From: Candidatus Rokuibacteriota bacterium
GTDB taxonomy: Bacteria; Methylomirabilota; Methylomirabilia; Rokubacteriales; CSP1-6
Reading direction: 5' to 3'
NCBI GenBank assembly: GCA_040902305.1
Contig: JBBDXN010000129.1
Location: forward strand, 19,061 to 83,060
DNA: 64,000 bases
The notes beneath the pieces were generated by a model. The model was not told where the DNA came from and made no database searches. It saw only the letters and a program-made list of their open reading frames with translations. A program made the translations under genes and the position numbers. Of the stretch, positions 36,329-46,042 are shown one piece after another (the stretch's first letter is position 1; every line of letters begins with the position of its first letter).

Positions 36329-36435
36329 GCCTTTGTGAGCCAATGCCGCCTCCGTGGCCAGTAGATGCGGAGCCGAGGTACGGCCGATCGTAACACGCCT
36401 TGAGTCGAGGGCGCACCGGTGCTAGAAGAGGTCCC

Positions 36436-37626
36436 ATGGATTTCACCTACACCCCCGAGCAGCAGCACTTCCGCGCCGAGATCCGAGGCTGGCTCGCCGC
36501 CAACCTCACCGACGACCTGCGCATCGAGGACCCGACCGACGAGCGCGTGGCCCCGGACCGGGAGACGTTCGAGCGAAGGCGCGACTGGCAGCGCCGCATG
36601 TACGCCGCGGGCTGGGTCGGGATCTCGTGGCCCAAGGAGTACGGCGGCCGCGGGGTCACCTTGATGGAGCAGGTCATCTACGACGAGGAGTGCTTCCGGG
36701 CGCGCGCGCCGGTGCTCCCCGGCTACTCCGGCATCGGGATGGCCGGACCGACCATCATCGAGTGGGGCACCGAGGCGCAGAAGAAGCGCTACCTCCCGCG
36801 CATCCTGGGTGGCGACGACATCTGGTGCCAGGGCTACTCGGAGCCGGGCGCGGGCTCGGACCTGGCGAGCCTCAGCACCCGCGCCGAGGACCGGGGCGAG
36901 CACTTCATCGTCAACGGGCAGAAGGTGTGGACCTCGGGCGCCCAGTTCGCGGACTGGATCTACCTGCTCGTGCGCACCGATCCCACCGCGCCCAAGCACC
37001 GCGGGATCAGTTACCTCCTGGTGGACATGAAGACGCCCGGCATCACGGTGCGCCCGCTGGTGCTGCTCAACGGCCACCGGCACTTCAATGAAGTGTTCTT
37101 CGTGGACGTGGCGGTGCCGAAGGCCAACCTGATCGGCCGGCAGAACGAGGGCTGGAAGCCGGCCATGACCACGCTCATGTACGAGCGCAAGGGCGGCGGC
37201 GGGCGCGGCCACGAGGAGCAGCTCGCGCGGCTCCGGGCCCTCGCCATGACGGTGCCGCTCGACGGCCGGCCCGCGTGGGAGCATCCGGTGATCCGCCAGC
37301 GCTTCGCCCAGCTCGTGATCGAGGCCCAGTGCCAGCGCTACACGCGCATGCGGAACCTGACCCGCCAGCTCCGCGGCGAGCCGCCCGGGCCCGAGGGCTC
37401 CATCCTCAAGCTGTTCGGCTCCGAGCTGGGCGTGCGCATCGCCGACTTCGCGGGTGAGCTGCTCGGCCCGCACGCGCTCGTGAACCGCGCGAGCGAGCAG
37501 GTCCCGGACGGCCCGCGCTGGTACAACCGCGTGCTGAGCGCGCGGCAGTACACGATCGCGGGCGGCACCAGCGAGATCCAGCGCAACATCATCGGCGAGC
37601 GCGTGCTCGGGCTCCCGAAGGACTAG
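36436..37626 (+). CDS. acyl-CoA dehydrogenase
   Basis: Internal ATG giving MDFTYTPEQQHF. ACAD motifs are present (GISWPKEYGG, YSEPGAGSDLASL). Confidence 0.9.
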   Translation: MDFTYTPEQQHFRAEIRGWLAANLTDDLRIEDPTDERVAPDRETFERRRDWQRRMYAAGWVGISWPKEYGGRGVTLMEQVIYDEECFRARAPVLPGYSGIGMAGPTIIEWGTEAQKKRYLPRILGGDDIWCQGYSEPGAGSDLASLSTRAEDRGEHFIVNGQKVWTSGAQFADWIYLLVRTDPTAPKHRGISYLLVDMKTPGITVRPLVLLNGHRHFNEVFFVDVAVPKANLIGRQNEGWKPAMTTLMYERKGGGGRGHEEQLARLRALAMTVPLDGRPAWEHPVIRQRFAQLVIEAQCQRYTRMRNLTRQLRGEPPGPEGSILKLFGSELGVRIADFAGELLGPHALVNRASEQVPDGPRWYNRVLSARQYTIAGGTSEIQRNIIGERVLGLPKD

Positions 37627-37629
37627 TCC

Positions 37630-38025
37630 ATGCCCGACAACCGAGAGCAGCAGGCGGAAGCGCTCATCGCCAAGATGAAGGCGGCGCGGGGCTACATGTA
37701 CCCGGAGTGGGAATTCGCGGCCCGGCAGGACCCCGAGTTCGTCGCCGCCTACAACCGGCTGTACGAGCTGAGCCTGGGCGAGGGCCAGCACGTCTCCGCC
37801 AAGGTGCGCGAGTTCGTGGCCATCGCGCTCCTCTGCTTCCGTGGCGCCGAGCAGTCGGGGCTCGTGGCGCACATGCGGCGGGCGATGCAGTTCGGAGCCA
37901 CCCCGGCCGAGCTCTTCGAGGTGCTCGAATCGTGCGTGGTGCCCGGCGGCGCCCCGACGTTCCACCGGGGACTCACCGCACTCATGGAGGTGGTGCGCGC
38001 CCCGACGCGCCCCCCTCTCGGCTAG
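37630..38025 (+). CDS. carboxymuconolactone decarboxylase family protein (AhpD-like)
   Basis: 131-aa CMD-like protein, tandem with the acyl-CoA dehydrogenase. Confidence 0.75.
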   Translation: MPDNREQQAEALIAKMKAARGYMYPEWEFAARQDPEFVAAYNRLYELSLGEGQHVSAKVREFVAIALLCFRGAEQSGLVAHMRRAMQFGATPAELFEVLESCVVPGGAPTFHRGLTALMEVVRAPTRPPLG

Positions 38026-38048
38026 TCGCCTCGGGCCGACCACCCACC

Positions 38049-38078
38049 TTGACAGGGCCGGAGCGCCCGCCCTAAAGT
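38049..38078 (+). promoter_or_regulatory. candidate sigma70-type promoter for the sugar ABC operon
   Basis: TTGACA - 18 nt - TAAAGT, about 90 nt upstream of the SBP start. Confidence 0.35.
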
Positions 38079-38167
38079 TCCGCACACGCCTGAGCCGGCT
38101 GGTACTCTCGGAGGCACGGATCTGGCAGGAGCCCATGGCAATGCACGCCACATACAGGGGGAAACGC

Positions 38168-39466
38168 ATGGCACAGCCCACACAGTCCAAGGCCACCCGT
38201 CGTAGCTTTCTGAAGCTCGCCGCCGCCGGGGCCGCCGGTGTCGCCGCGGGCCCCTGGGTTTCCCGCAATGCCCAGGCCAAGCCGGTATCCATCACGTTCG
38301 CGCGCGAAAGCTCCTACGTGAAGAACTTCGACGTGCATTTCCAGAACGTGATGGCACCGGCCTACGAGAAGGCCACCGGCATCAAGATCGAGTACCAGAT
38401 CCAGGCCGCGGGCGGCAGCGCGGTGCCCCAGCTGGTCTCGATGGTCGAGAACAAGTCCGGCGCCGATCTGGCCTGGGTGCAGCAGGAGTGGCTCTATCGC
38501 GACGCCCTCGTGGACGTCTCCGACATCGCCGAGGAGGTGGGCAAGCAGCAGGGCGGCTGGTACGACGAGATCAAGCTCCTGTCCGTGGACAAGGGCAAGT
38601 GGAAGTCCGTGCCCAACGGGAACATCGGCCAGGTCATGGTCTACCGGAAGGACTGGTTCGACGAGGCCGGCGTCAAGAGCTTCCCCGAGACGTGGGACGC
38701 GTTCCTGGAGGCCGGGATCAAGCTCAAGGCCAAGGGCCATCCGTTCGGCATGTCCATGGGGCACGGCTTCGCCGACAACTACTCCTGGCTCTACCCCCTG
38801 CTGTGGTCCTACGGGGTGACGGTCATGGACAAGACCGCCAAGAAGGTGGCGCTCGACTCCAGCGAGACCGCGAAGGCGGTGGAGTACGTCAAGCGGCTCT
38901 ACAAGGAAGCCTGCATCGAGGACTGCATCGGCTGGCTGGACCCGGCCAACAACAAGGCCTTCCTCACCAGCCAGATCTCGTGCACCAACAACGCCTACAG
39001 CATCATGGTCTCGGCCAAGCGCGACCTGCCGGACATGGGCAAGGTGATCGCGCACGGCCTCAACCCCAAGGGACCCAACGGCCAGCGCTACCACGCGCTC
39101 GTGCCGGTGACGCACGGCGTGTTCGCCCACAGCAAGGACCCGCAGGCGGCCAAGGACTTCCTGCGGTGGATGATGGACCCGAAGCAGTACCGGCCGTGGA
39201 TCGCCTCGGGCGACATGTACTTCGCTCCGTACCTCCACGGCTTCGACAAGGCGCCCGAGTGGGACATCGAGCCGCGCGTGAAGCCGTTCCAGAAGGCCCT
39301 CGAGACCGGCAAGCTCACCTCGTGGCCGGCACCCGCCAACCGCCAGCACGGGGAAGTGGTCAACCGCTGGATCGTGATCGACATGTTCACCAAGGCCTGC
39401 ACGGGCACGCCGGTCAAGGCGGCCATCGCGGAGGCCGTGAAGCAGCTCAAGACCATCTACGGGTAG
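38168..39466 (+). CDS. carbohydrate ABC transporter substrate-binding protein (family 1) with TAT signal
   Basis: AGGGGGAA Shine-Dalgarno motif. RRSFLKLAAAGAAG twin-arginine signal. Confidence 0.85.
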   Translation: MAQPTQSKATRRSFLKLAAAGAAGVAAGPWVSRNAQAKPVSITFARESSYVKNFDVHFQNVMAPAYEKATGIKIEYQIQAAGGSAVPQLVSMVENKSGADLAWVQQEWLYRDALVDVSDIAEEVGKQQGGWYDEIKLLSVDKGKWKSVPNGNIGQVMVYRKDWFDEAGVKSFPETWDAFLEAGIKLKAKGHPFGMSMGHGFADNYSWLYPLLWSYGVTVMDKTAKKVALDSSETAKAVEYVKRLYKEACIEDCIGWLDPANNKAFLTSQISCTNNAYSIMVSAKRDLPDMGKVIAHGLNPKGPNGQRYHALVPVTHGVFAHSKDPQAAKDFLRWMMDPKQYRPWIASGDMYFAPYLHGFDKAPEWDIEPRVKPFQKALETGKLTSWPAPANRQHGEVVNRWIVIDMFTKACTGTPVKAAIAEAVKQLKTIYG

Positions 39467-39468
39467 GG

Positions 39469-40407
39469 ATGAGCAAGATTCTCGAGGCCTCTCGGGCGGG
39501 CGCCCTCGCGGCGCCCGCCCGCCGGCCGTTCCGGATCCGCGCGTTCCTGGAGCGGGAGTCCGTGTTCTCCTGGCTCATGGTCACGCCGCCGGTGCTGTTC
39601 CTGCTGGCCTTCCTGGGCTATCCGTTCTTCTACGGGGTCTATCTCAGCTTCTTCGAGCGAGAAGTCGCGCGCCCCGCCACCTTCGTGGGCCTGGGCAATT
39701 TCGTCACCCTCTCGAACGACCCGATCTTCTGGCAGGCGGTCCGGAACACCCTCCTGTTCACGGCGGTGGCGACCGTGCTCAAGGCCGGCGGCGGGCTGGC
39801 CATGGCCCTCGTGATGAACCAGAGCTTCCGGATGAAGGCCGTCACCCGGGCCATGCTCCTGCTCCCGTTCATCGTGCCCACCGTGCTCAGCACCGTGGCG
39901 TGGCAGTGGATCCTCGACCCCGGCATGGGCCTGTTCAACCGCCTGCTGGTGGTGAGCGGCCTGGCGACGACGGGGCCGTCCTGGCTCGGCACGCCGACCA
40001 TGGCCATGATCTCCATCATCATGGTCAACACGTGGCGCGGCCTGCCGTTCTTCGGCATCTCGATCCTCGCGGGCCTGCAGACCATCCCCGTCGACCTGCA
40101 CGAATCGGCGACCATCGACGGCGCGGGCACCTGGGGCCGCTTCCGATACGTCACGCTGCCTTCGCTCCTGCCCGTGATCTTCATCGTCACCACCTTCTCG
40201 ATCGTCATCACCTTCTTCGACTTCCAGCTCGTCTACGTGCTCACCGGCGGCGGCCCCGCCAACTCCACGCACCTGATGGCGACCTACGCCTACAGCCTGA
40301 GCATGGGCGCGGGCCAGATGGGACTCGGGTCCGCGGTGGCGCTCAGCATGGTGCCGGTGCTGGGCCTCCTGCTGGTGCTGCTCACCCTCTACGTGCGCAA
40401 GGACTGA
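39469..40407 (+). CDS. carbohydrate ABC transporter permease (UgpA/MalF-like)
   Basis: ATG 2 nt after the SBP stop. Six TM helices and an EAA loop. Confidence 0.85.
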   Translation: MSKILEASRAGALAAPARRPFRIRAFLERESVFSWLMVTPPVLFLLAFLGYPFFYGVYLSFFEREVARPATFVGLGNFVTLSNDPIFWQAVRNTLLFTAVATVLKAGGGLAMALVMNQSFRMKAVTRAMLLLPFIVPTVLSTVAWQWILDPGMGLFNRLLVVSGLATTGPSWLGTPTMAMISIIMVNTWRGLPFFGISILAGLQTIPVDLHESATIDGAGTWGRFRYVTLPSLLPVIFIVTTFSIVITFFDFQLVYVLTGGGPANSTHLMATYAYSLSMGAGQMGLGSAVALSMVPVLGLLLVLLTLYVRKD

Positions 40408-40410
40408 TCC

Positions 40411-41256
40411 GTGGTCGGCGAGCTGACCTGGCGCAGGCGCCTCTTCGGGCTCTGGCTGCCGTTGCTGGTGTTCGTGGTGATCGCGCTGTTTCCCTTCACG
40501 TGGATGGCGGCCACCTCGCTCAAGACCAATGCCGAGCTGTACAACCCGAAGGCCAATCCGATGTGGATCCAGAACCCGTCGCTGGTCCACTACATCGACC
40601 TGCTGAAGGAGACCAATTTCCTGACCTGGGTGGCCAACACCATGCTGGTGGCCACGGTCGCGACTTTCATCTCCCTGCTCCTCGGGAGCATGCTGGCCTA
40701 CCCGCTGGCGCGCATGCGGTTTCGGGGCGCGCCGCTGCTGGCCATCGCGGTCGCCGTGACGTACCTGATTCCCCAGACCCTGCTCTTCGTTCCGATGGCC
40801 GATCTCATCGGCCGGATGAAGCTGGGCAATACGCTCAGCGCCGTGATGCTGACCTATCCGACGTTGCTGGTGCCCTTCATCGCCTGGCTGCTGATGGGGT
40901 ACTTCAAGACGGTGCCGAAGGAGCTGGAAGAGCAGGCCATGATCGACGGCGCCAGCCGCTGGCGCGCCATGACGAGGATCATTCTTCCTCTCTGCCTGCC
41001 CGGGTTCCTGTCCGCCGGCATCTTCGCCTTCACGCTGTCCCAGAACGAGTTCCTCTACGCGCTGCTCTTCCTCAGCAAGTCGAGCGTGCGCACCGTGCCG
41101 ATCGGCGTGGTGGGCGAGCTGATCCGCGGCGACGCCTTCTACTGGGGCCAGCTCATGGCCGGGGCGCTTCTGGGCTCCATCCCCGTCGCCCTGATCTACT
41201 CCTTCTTCGTGAAGTACTACGTCGCCGGGCTCACCGCGGGGGCCGTCAAGGGCTGA
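40411..41256 (+). CDS. carbohydrate ABC transporter permease (UgpE/MalG-like)
   Basis: GTG start 3 nt after the upstream stop. Permease motifs are present. Confidence 0.85.
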   Translation: MVGELTWRRRLFGLWLPLLVFVVIALFPFTWMAATSLKTNAELYNPKANPMWIQNPSLVHYIDLLKETNFLTWVANTMLVATVATFISLLLGSMLAYPLARMRFRGAPLLAIAVAVTYLIPQTLLFVPMADLIGRMKLGNTLSAVMLTYPTLLVPFIAWLLMGYFKTVPKELEEQAMIDGASRWRAMTRIILPLCLPGFLSAGIFAFTLSQNEFLYALLFLSKSSVRTVPIGVVGELIRGDAFYWGQLMAGALLGSIPVALIYSFFVKYYVAGLTAGAVKG

Positions 41257-41446
41257 CGCGGCCGGACCCGGGCGAGGTGGCGGGGGGTGGGGCTCTGACC
41301 ACGACACGCTTTCTCGTCTTCTTGCAGGAGTAGTTCCCAATCCGGGATGGCTTGGCTCCGGCGTTCGTTGGCGGGGAACGGGTCACCCGCCCCACCCCCC
41401 GCCACCTCGCCCGGGTCCGGCCTCCCGCGTGGTCTCTTTCGGCTTC

Positions 41447-41484
41447 AACCCTCTCCCCTCTGGGGAGAGGGCAGGGTGAGGGGG
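41447..41484. repeat. palindromic intergenic repeat, copy c
   Basis: ccctctcccc-tct-ggggagaggg-cagggtgaggggg, between convergent ABC permease genes. Confidence 0.85.
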
Positions 41485-41495
41485 CGCTGGCTCGT

Positions 41496-42311
41496 CTATT
41501 TCACGCTTCCCGCGGTCAGGCCTCCGACCAGATAAGGCTCGATCAAGGCAAAGAGCACGACCACGGGGACGATGGCGATTGTCGAGGCGGCGAAGAGCAG
41601 GTCCCAGTGCTGGACGTAGGCGGTGACGTAGGAGGTGATGCCTACGGTCAAGGGGCGCATCGAGGTGTCGGTCATCAGGGTCAGGGCGATGATGTATTCG
41701 TTCCAGGCCGCGATGAAGGCGAAGATGCCGGCGGTCACGATGCCGGGGAGGGCGACCGGCAGGATTATGCGGAAGAGGGCGCCCGCTGGCCCGCAGCCGT
41801 CGACCGCGGCCGCCTCCTCGATCTCGCGCGGGATGGAGGCGAAGAAGGCGCGCAGGATCCAGATCGCGAAGGCGAGGTTGAAGGCCGCATTCACCGCGAT
41901 GAGCGCGGTGTAGGTGTTGATGAGGCCCAGCTCGAAGAACTCGCGGTAGAGCCCCACCACCAGCGCGGTCGGCGCGAACATCTGGGTCACCAGGACCAGG
42001 AACAGGAAGGCCCCGCGCCCCGGGAAGCGATGGCGGGCGGTGTGGTAGGCGGCGGGCACCGCGGCCACCAGCACCAGCAGCGTGGACACCAGGGCGACCA
42101 CCAGGGAGACGGTGAGCCAGGACTGGAACTCCGGGTCGCGCAGTACGGTCCAGAAGTTCAGTGGCCGCCACTCGACGGGCAGGAGTCGCGGCGGGGTGAT
42201 GCGGAGCTCGGCCTCCGGCTTGAGCGCGGTGAGCAGCATCACCGCGTACGGCGCGAGCAGCACCCCCGCCAGCAGCAGCCCCGCCCCGCTGAGCGCGAGC
42301 TTCCGGATCAG
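41496..42311 (-). CDS. carbohydrate ABC transporter permease (MalG-like); start uncertain (CTG in a CTGA overlap, or GTG at 42263)
   Basis: Conserved TM1 (KLALSGAGLLLAGVLLAPYAVMLL) is encoded in frame upstream of the first GTG. The only codon at the position of the usual 4-nt overlap is CTG. Confidence 0.75.
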   Translation of the reverse strand: MIRKLALSGAGLLLAGVLLAPYAVMLLTALKPEAELRITPPRLLPVEWRPLNFWTVLRDPEFQSWLTVSLVVALVSTLLVLVAAVPAAYHTARHRFPGRGAFLFLVLVTQMFAPTALVVGLYREFFELGLINTYTALIAVNAAFNLAFAIWILRAFFASIPREIEEAAAVDGCGPAGALFRIILPVALPGIVTAGIFAFIAAWNEYIIALTLMTDTSMRPLTVGITSYVTAYVQHWDLLFAASTIAIVPVVVLFALIEPYLVGGLTAGSVK

Positions 42312-43201
42312 ACCGGCTCCTCCCGCGGCCGCGCGACCCGTAGGTAGGCGACCACCGCCACCAGGATCAGCAGCACGTTCACCACGCCGAGCGCGGCGGC
42401 CAGACCCACGTCCCGCAGCGCGCTCTTGAACGCGATCTTGTACATGAAGGTGATCATGGTGTCGTGGGCGAAGCCGGGGTTCCGGTCGTTGAGCGTCCAC
42501 ACGATCGGGAACGAGTTGAAGACGTAGATGAGGTTCAGCACCGCGGCCACCAGCAGCGCCGGCCGGAGCAGGGGCAGGGTGACCCACCGGTAGGCGCGCC
42601 AGCCCCGCGCCCCGTCGACCCGGGCCGCCTCGTAGACCTCGCCCGGAATGGTCTGGAGCCCCGCGAGCAGGACGTAGGTGGTGAACGGCAGCGAGACGAA
42701 CACCCCCACCGCGATCATCGCGCCCATCACGGTCCGGTCGTCCCCCAGCCAGTCGACGGGCGCCAGCCCGGCGGCGGTCATCGCGCGGTTGAGCAGGCCG
42801 AAGTAGTAGTCGTAGATCCACACGAAGAGCTTCGAGGTCATGATGAGCGAGGCCGCCCACGGCACGATGAGCGCCCAGCGCACGAGCCGGCGGCCCGGGA
42901 AGGACTCGTTCAGGAGCTGGGCCAGGGGGAGCGAGATGATGATGGTGACCGCCACCACCACCGCGACCCAGATCACGGTGTTGCCGATCACGGTGGGCAG
43001 GGCCTCCAGCTCGAGCAGGCGCCCGTAGTTGCGCAGCCCCACCGCGCCCTGATAGAGGCCGGTGATCGAGTAGCGCCCGAGCGAAGCGCGCGCCAGCTCG
43101 ACGGCGGGGTAGACGACGACGGCCGCGATGAGGAGCAGGCTCGGGCCGAGCCACAGGAGTGCCCGCCACGCGCCAGGTTCGCGCGGGCGCGCGTCGGTCA
43201 G
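42308..43201 (-). CDS. carbohydrate ABC transporter permease (MalF/UgpA-like); start uncertain (CTG in a CTGA overlap with the SBP stop, or GTG at 43042)
   Basis: The GTG at 43042 would delete TM1. The in-frame upstream translation AWRALLWLGPSLLLIAAVVVYPAVELARASL is a canonical TM1 with no ATG/GTG/TTG before it. Confidence 0.75.
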   Translation of the reverse strand: MTDARPREPGAWRALLWLGPSLLLIAAVVVYPAVELARASLGRYSITGLYQGAVGLRNYGRLLELEALPTVIGNTVIWVAVVVAVTIIISLPLAQLLNESFPGRRLVRWALIVPWAASLIMTSKLFVWIYDYYFGLLNRAMTAAGLAPVDWLGDDRTVMGAMIAVGVFVSLPFTTYVLLAGLQTIPGEVYEAARVDGARGWRAYRWVTLPLLRPALLVAAVLNLIYVFNSFPIVWTLNDRNPGFAHDTMITFMYKIAFKSALRDVGLAAALGVVNVLLILVAVVAYLRVARPREEPV

Positions 43202-44436
43202 CGAGCGCTCTCCGCCGCGTTCTTCTGGAGGCGGTCGAGCACCTGCTGCGGATCGCCGCCCGGCTGGACCGCGAGCCCGATGCTCTGCTGGACGTCGAGC
43301 TTCACCTTGTCCCAGGTGGGATCGGTGGTCGGAGCCAGCCGGGCGCTCGGCAGCGCGTCGAGATACGGCTTTAGCTTCTCGTTGCCGCTCATGCGCTCAC
43401 GCCCGGACCTGGTCACGGGCAGGAAGCCCTCCGCGGTGATCCAGCGGGTGATCTGGTCGGGGTGATAGTAGAGATCGAGGAACCGGCGGACCGCCTCCTG
43501 GTTGCCCTTCTTCTTGAAGGCCATCAGGTAGTCCTCGACCCCCAAGGTGACCGGCGTCCCCACGTTGGTCGGCATCTGCGTCACGCCGTAGCTGACCTTG
43601 CCCTCGGCGTCGAGCTGGGCGGCGAGCGGGCTGAAGCCCATGACCATGCCGACCTTGCCGTCCTTGAAGAGCTGGAAGGCGCCGTCGGTTCGGTTGGTCT
43701 TGCCCGGATTGACCTGGGTGACCTTGTGCGTGTTGGCCAGCGCGGCGAGGAACCGGAGCGTCTCCACGTTCTTGGCGCTGTTGATCCTCCACACCCCTCC
43801 GTCCTTCCAGTCGCCGCCGTTGTTCCACATCCAGATCGACCACTCGGCCTGTGCCTCTTCGGGGCCGAGCGGCAGGGCGTAGCCGATCACGCCGCCGCCC
43901 AGAGCCTGCACCCGCTTGGCGGCCGGGACGAACTCGTCCCAGGTTCGGGGCGGCGCGGCCACCCCGGCCCGGGCGAGCAGGTCGCGGTTGTAGAAGAAGG
44001 CGCGCGCGCTGGCCAGGATCGGGAAGCCGTAGAGCTTGCCCTCGTAGGTGCCGCCCTGCGCGAAGGCCTCGAGGAAATCCTCGCGCGTCTTGGGCGACAG
44101 GGCCTCGTCGCCCGAGTAGAGGAGACCGTCCTTGGCGTAGCTCGAGAACGAATTGAGGTTGAGCACGTCCGGCGGCTGGTTGTTCTGGATCATGGTGCTG
44201 ACCTGCTGATCGATCGAGTTCCAATCGATCACCTGCAGGTCCACCTTCACGCCGGTCTGCTGGGTGTACTGCTCGGCCAGGCCCTGCCAGAACGGCCGGG
44301 TATGATCGCGGCTATACTCCGCGATGACGACCTTGATGGACTTGGGCTGCTCGCCGCCGCCGCAGCCGCCTTGCACGAGAGCGGACACCCCGAGCAGCGC
44401 GAGGATCAGGAGACCGCGACGCGTCATCGAGCCCAT
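43198..44436 (-). CDS. carbohydrate ABC transporter substrate-binding lipoprotein
   Basis: Lipoprotein signal MTRRGLLILALLGVSALVQGGC followed by family 1 SBP sequence. ATG at 44436 or 44427. Confidence 0.85.
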   Translation of the reverse strand: MGSMTRRGLLILALLGVSALVQGGCGGGEQPKSIKVVIAEYSRDHTRPFWQGLAEQYTQQTGVKVDLQVIDWNSIDQQVSTMIQNNQPPDVLNLNSFSSYAKDGLLYSGDEALSPKTREDFLEAFAQGGTYEGKLYGFPILASARAFFYNRDLLARAGVAAPPRTWDEFVPAAKRVQALGGGVIGYALPLGPEEAQAEWSIWMWNNGGDWKDGGVWRINSAKNVETLRFLAALANTHKVTQVNPGKTNRTDGAFQLFKDGKVGMVMGFSPLAAQLDAEGKVSYGVTQMPTNVGTPVTLGVEDYLMAFKKKGNQEAVRRFLDLYYHPDQITRWITAEGFLPVTRSGRERMSGNEKLKPYLDALPSARLAPTTDPTWDKVKLDVQQSIGLAVQPGGDPQQVLDRLQKNAAESAR

Positions 44437-44565
44437 ACTACAAAAGTTCCCCGGAAGGGTGTAAGTCTTACTCATGGCCCGGACACCCGCGGGGGAAGGA
44501 TGGGACGTTGTTTCCGCCACTCTCGCGGGCGGCACACTACTTGCTCTCCACAAGGAGGCCCCCCA

Positions 44566-44976
44566 ATGGTGCGTGTCCTCATGTTCTGCACGCTCATGCT
44601 GATCCTGACCTCGTGCGCCTCCTCCGGCCCATCGAGGGCTCAGCGGAGCGAGTTCGAGGACGTCCCGGTCCCCGCGGGCCTCACCTTGGACGCGAGCCGG
44701 ACGACCATCATCGAGTCGCCGACGGTCAAGGCGGCGCGCCTCTTCTACAAGAGCCGGATCAGGCCGGAGAGCCTCGCGGTCGCCTATCGGACCTCGCTCG
44801 AGGCCAACGGGTGGCGCCACGTGTCCTCCACCACGTCGGCCTCCAAGGGGACCACCCAGGTCTACGAGAAGCAGGACAGCGCGCTGCAGATCCTCATCTA
44901 CGAGGGGTGGTACTACACCTGGACCGAAGTCTCCACCACGCGGATCGTCGGGCGTCCGCCCGCGCCGAGTCGGTAG
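44566..44976 (+). CDS. small lipoprotein, hypothetical (136 aa)
   Basis: CAAGGAGG Shine-Dalgarno motif and lipobox LILTSC. Confidence 0.55.
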   Translation: MVRVLMFCTLMLILTSCASSGPSRAQRSEFEDVPVPAGLTLDASRTTIIESPTVKAARLFYKSRIRPESLAVAYRTSLEANGWRHVSSTTSASKGTTQVYEKQDSALQILIYEGWYYTWTEVSTTRIVGRPPAPSR

Positions 44977-44998
44977 CCGCCGCGCCAAGGAGGTGGAC

Positions 44999-45649
44999 AT
45001 GAATCCGATCAAGCGAATGGGCATCCTGCCGCCGGCCATGCTCTGGCTCGTCTCGGGCTGCGCGGCCACCGCGCCGGCCTACGTGAGCCCGGCCCGGGAC
45101 GCGCAGGCTCCGCGCGCGACCCGCGTCGACGAGCGCGTGACCGCCGTCGAGGAGCGGATGAGCGAGATGAACCAGCGGCTCGACAAGGTCGGCGGACAGG
45201 TCCAGAGCCTCGAGGGCGGAGTGGCGGGCGCGCAGAGCCGCGCCGACACCGCCGCCCAGAAGGCCGAGGGCGTCGACCAGCGCCTCACCCGCCTGTGGTC
45301 GAACCGATTCAACCAGAAGACGGCCGACAGCCTCGAGGTGTACTTCTCGCCCGACAGCATCGATCTGAGCGACGCGGCCCAGACCGCCCTCGTGGGCGTG
45401 GTCCGGGAGATGGAGGCCAATCCGACCTTGACCGTGGAGCTCGGCGGCTACACCGATCCGCGCGGGGCGCTCGACTACAACTACGCCCTCAGCCAGCGGC
45501 GGGTCGACGCGGTCCGGCGCTTCCTGATGGACAAGGGCATCCAGCTCGTGCGGATCCAGTCCGCCAGCCTGGGGCCGATCTCCAGCACCGACATCCCGGA
45601 CATGAAGAAGCGCCGGGTGACGCTCCGCCTCATGGTGGATCGGGAATAG
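44999..45649 (+). CDS. OmpA family lipoprotein (coiled-coil plus OmpA-like peptidoglycan-binding domain)
   Basis: AAGGAGG Shine-Dalgarno motif and lipobox LVSGC. The C-terminal OmpA_C-like domain includes NYALSQRRVDAV. Confidence 0.8.
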   Translation: MNPIKRMGILPPAMLWLVSGCAATAPAYVSPARDAQAPRATRVDERVTAVEERMSEMNQRLDKVGGQVQSLEGGVAGAQSRADTAAQKAEGVDQRLTRLWSNRFNQKTADSLEVYFSPDSIDLSDAAQTALVGVVREMEANPTLTVELGGYTDPRGALDYNYALSQRRVDAVRRFLMDKGIQLVRIQSASLGPISSTDIPDMKKRRVTLRLMVDRE

Positions 45650-45706
45650 CCGGCCGCCCGCTGAGCCAACCGCTTTGCGCGCCCCGCGGGCCGGTAGGTC
45701 GACCCC

Positions 45707-46027
45707 ATGACCGCCTCGAGATCGTGGCATCGCGCGCTCGCCGCCGCCGCGGTGGCGCTCGCCCTCGCGGGGTGTGCCGCCACGCGGCCCGGGGTGGTCA
45801 AGCGCCCGCCCGCGCCGCCGCCAAAGCGCGCCGAGATTGCGGCGGTGGCGCCGACCCGCGCGCACGCGTGGGTGCCGGGGCAGTGGGCGTGGCATCGTGA
45901 GCGCTACGTGTGGGTGCCGGGGCACTGGGAGGTGCCACCCGCGCCGGGCCACGTCTGGGTGCCCGGCGGCTGGATGCCGCGCGAGGGCGCTTACCTCTGG
46001 GTCGACGGGCACTGGCGCGCACGCTGA
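45707..46027 (+). CDS. YXWGXW-repeat lipoprotein
   Basis: Lipobox LALAGC followed by repeated WVPGQWAW / WVPGHWE / WVPGGWMP motifs. Confidence 0.65.
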   Translation: MTASRSWHRALAAAAVALALAGCAATRPGVVKRPPAPPPKRAEIAAVAPTRAHAWVPGQWAWHRERYVWVPGHWEVPPAPGHVWVPGGWMPREGAYLWVDGHWRAR

Positions 46028-46042
46028 GCGCGCCGCCCCGGC

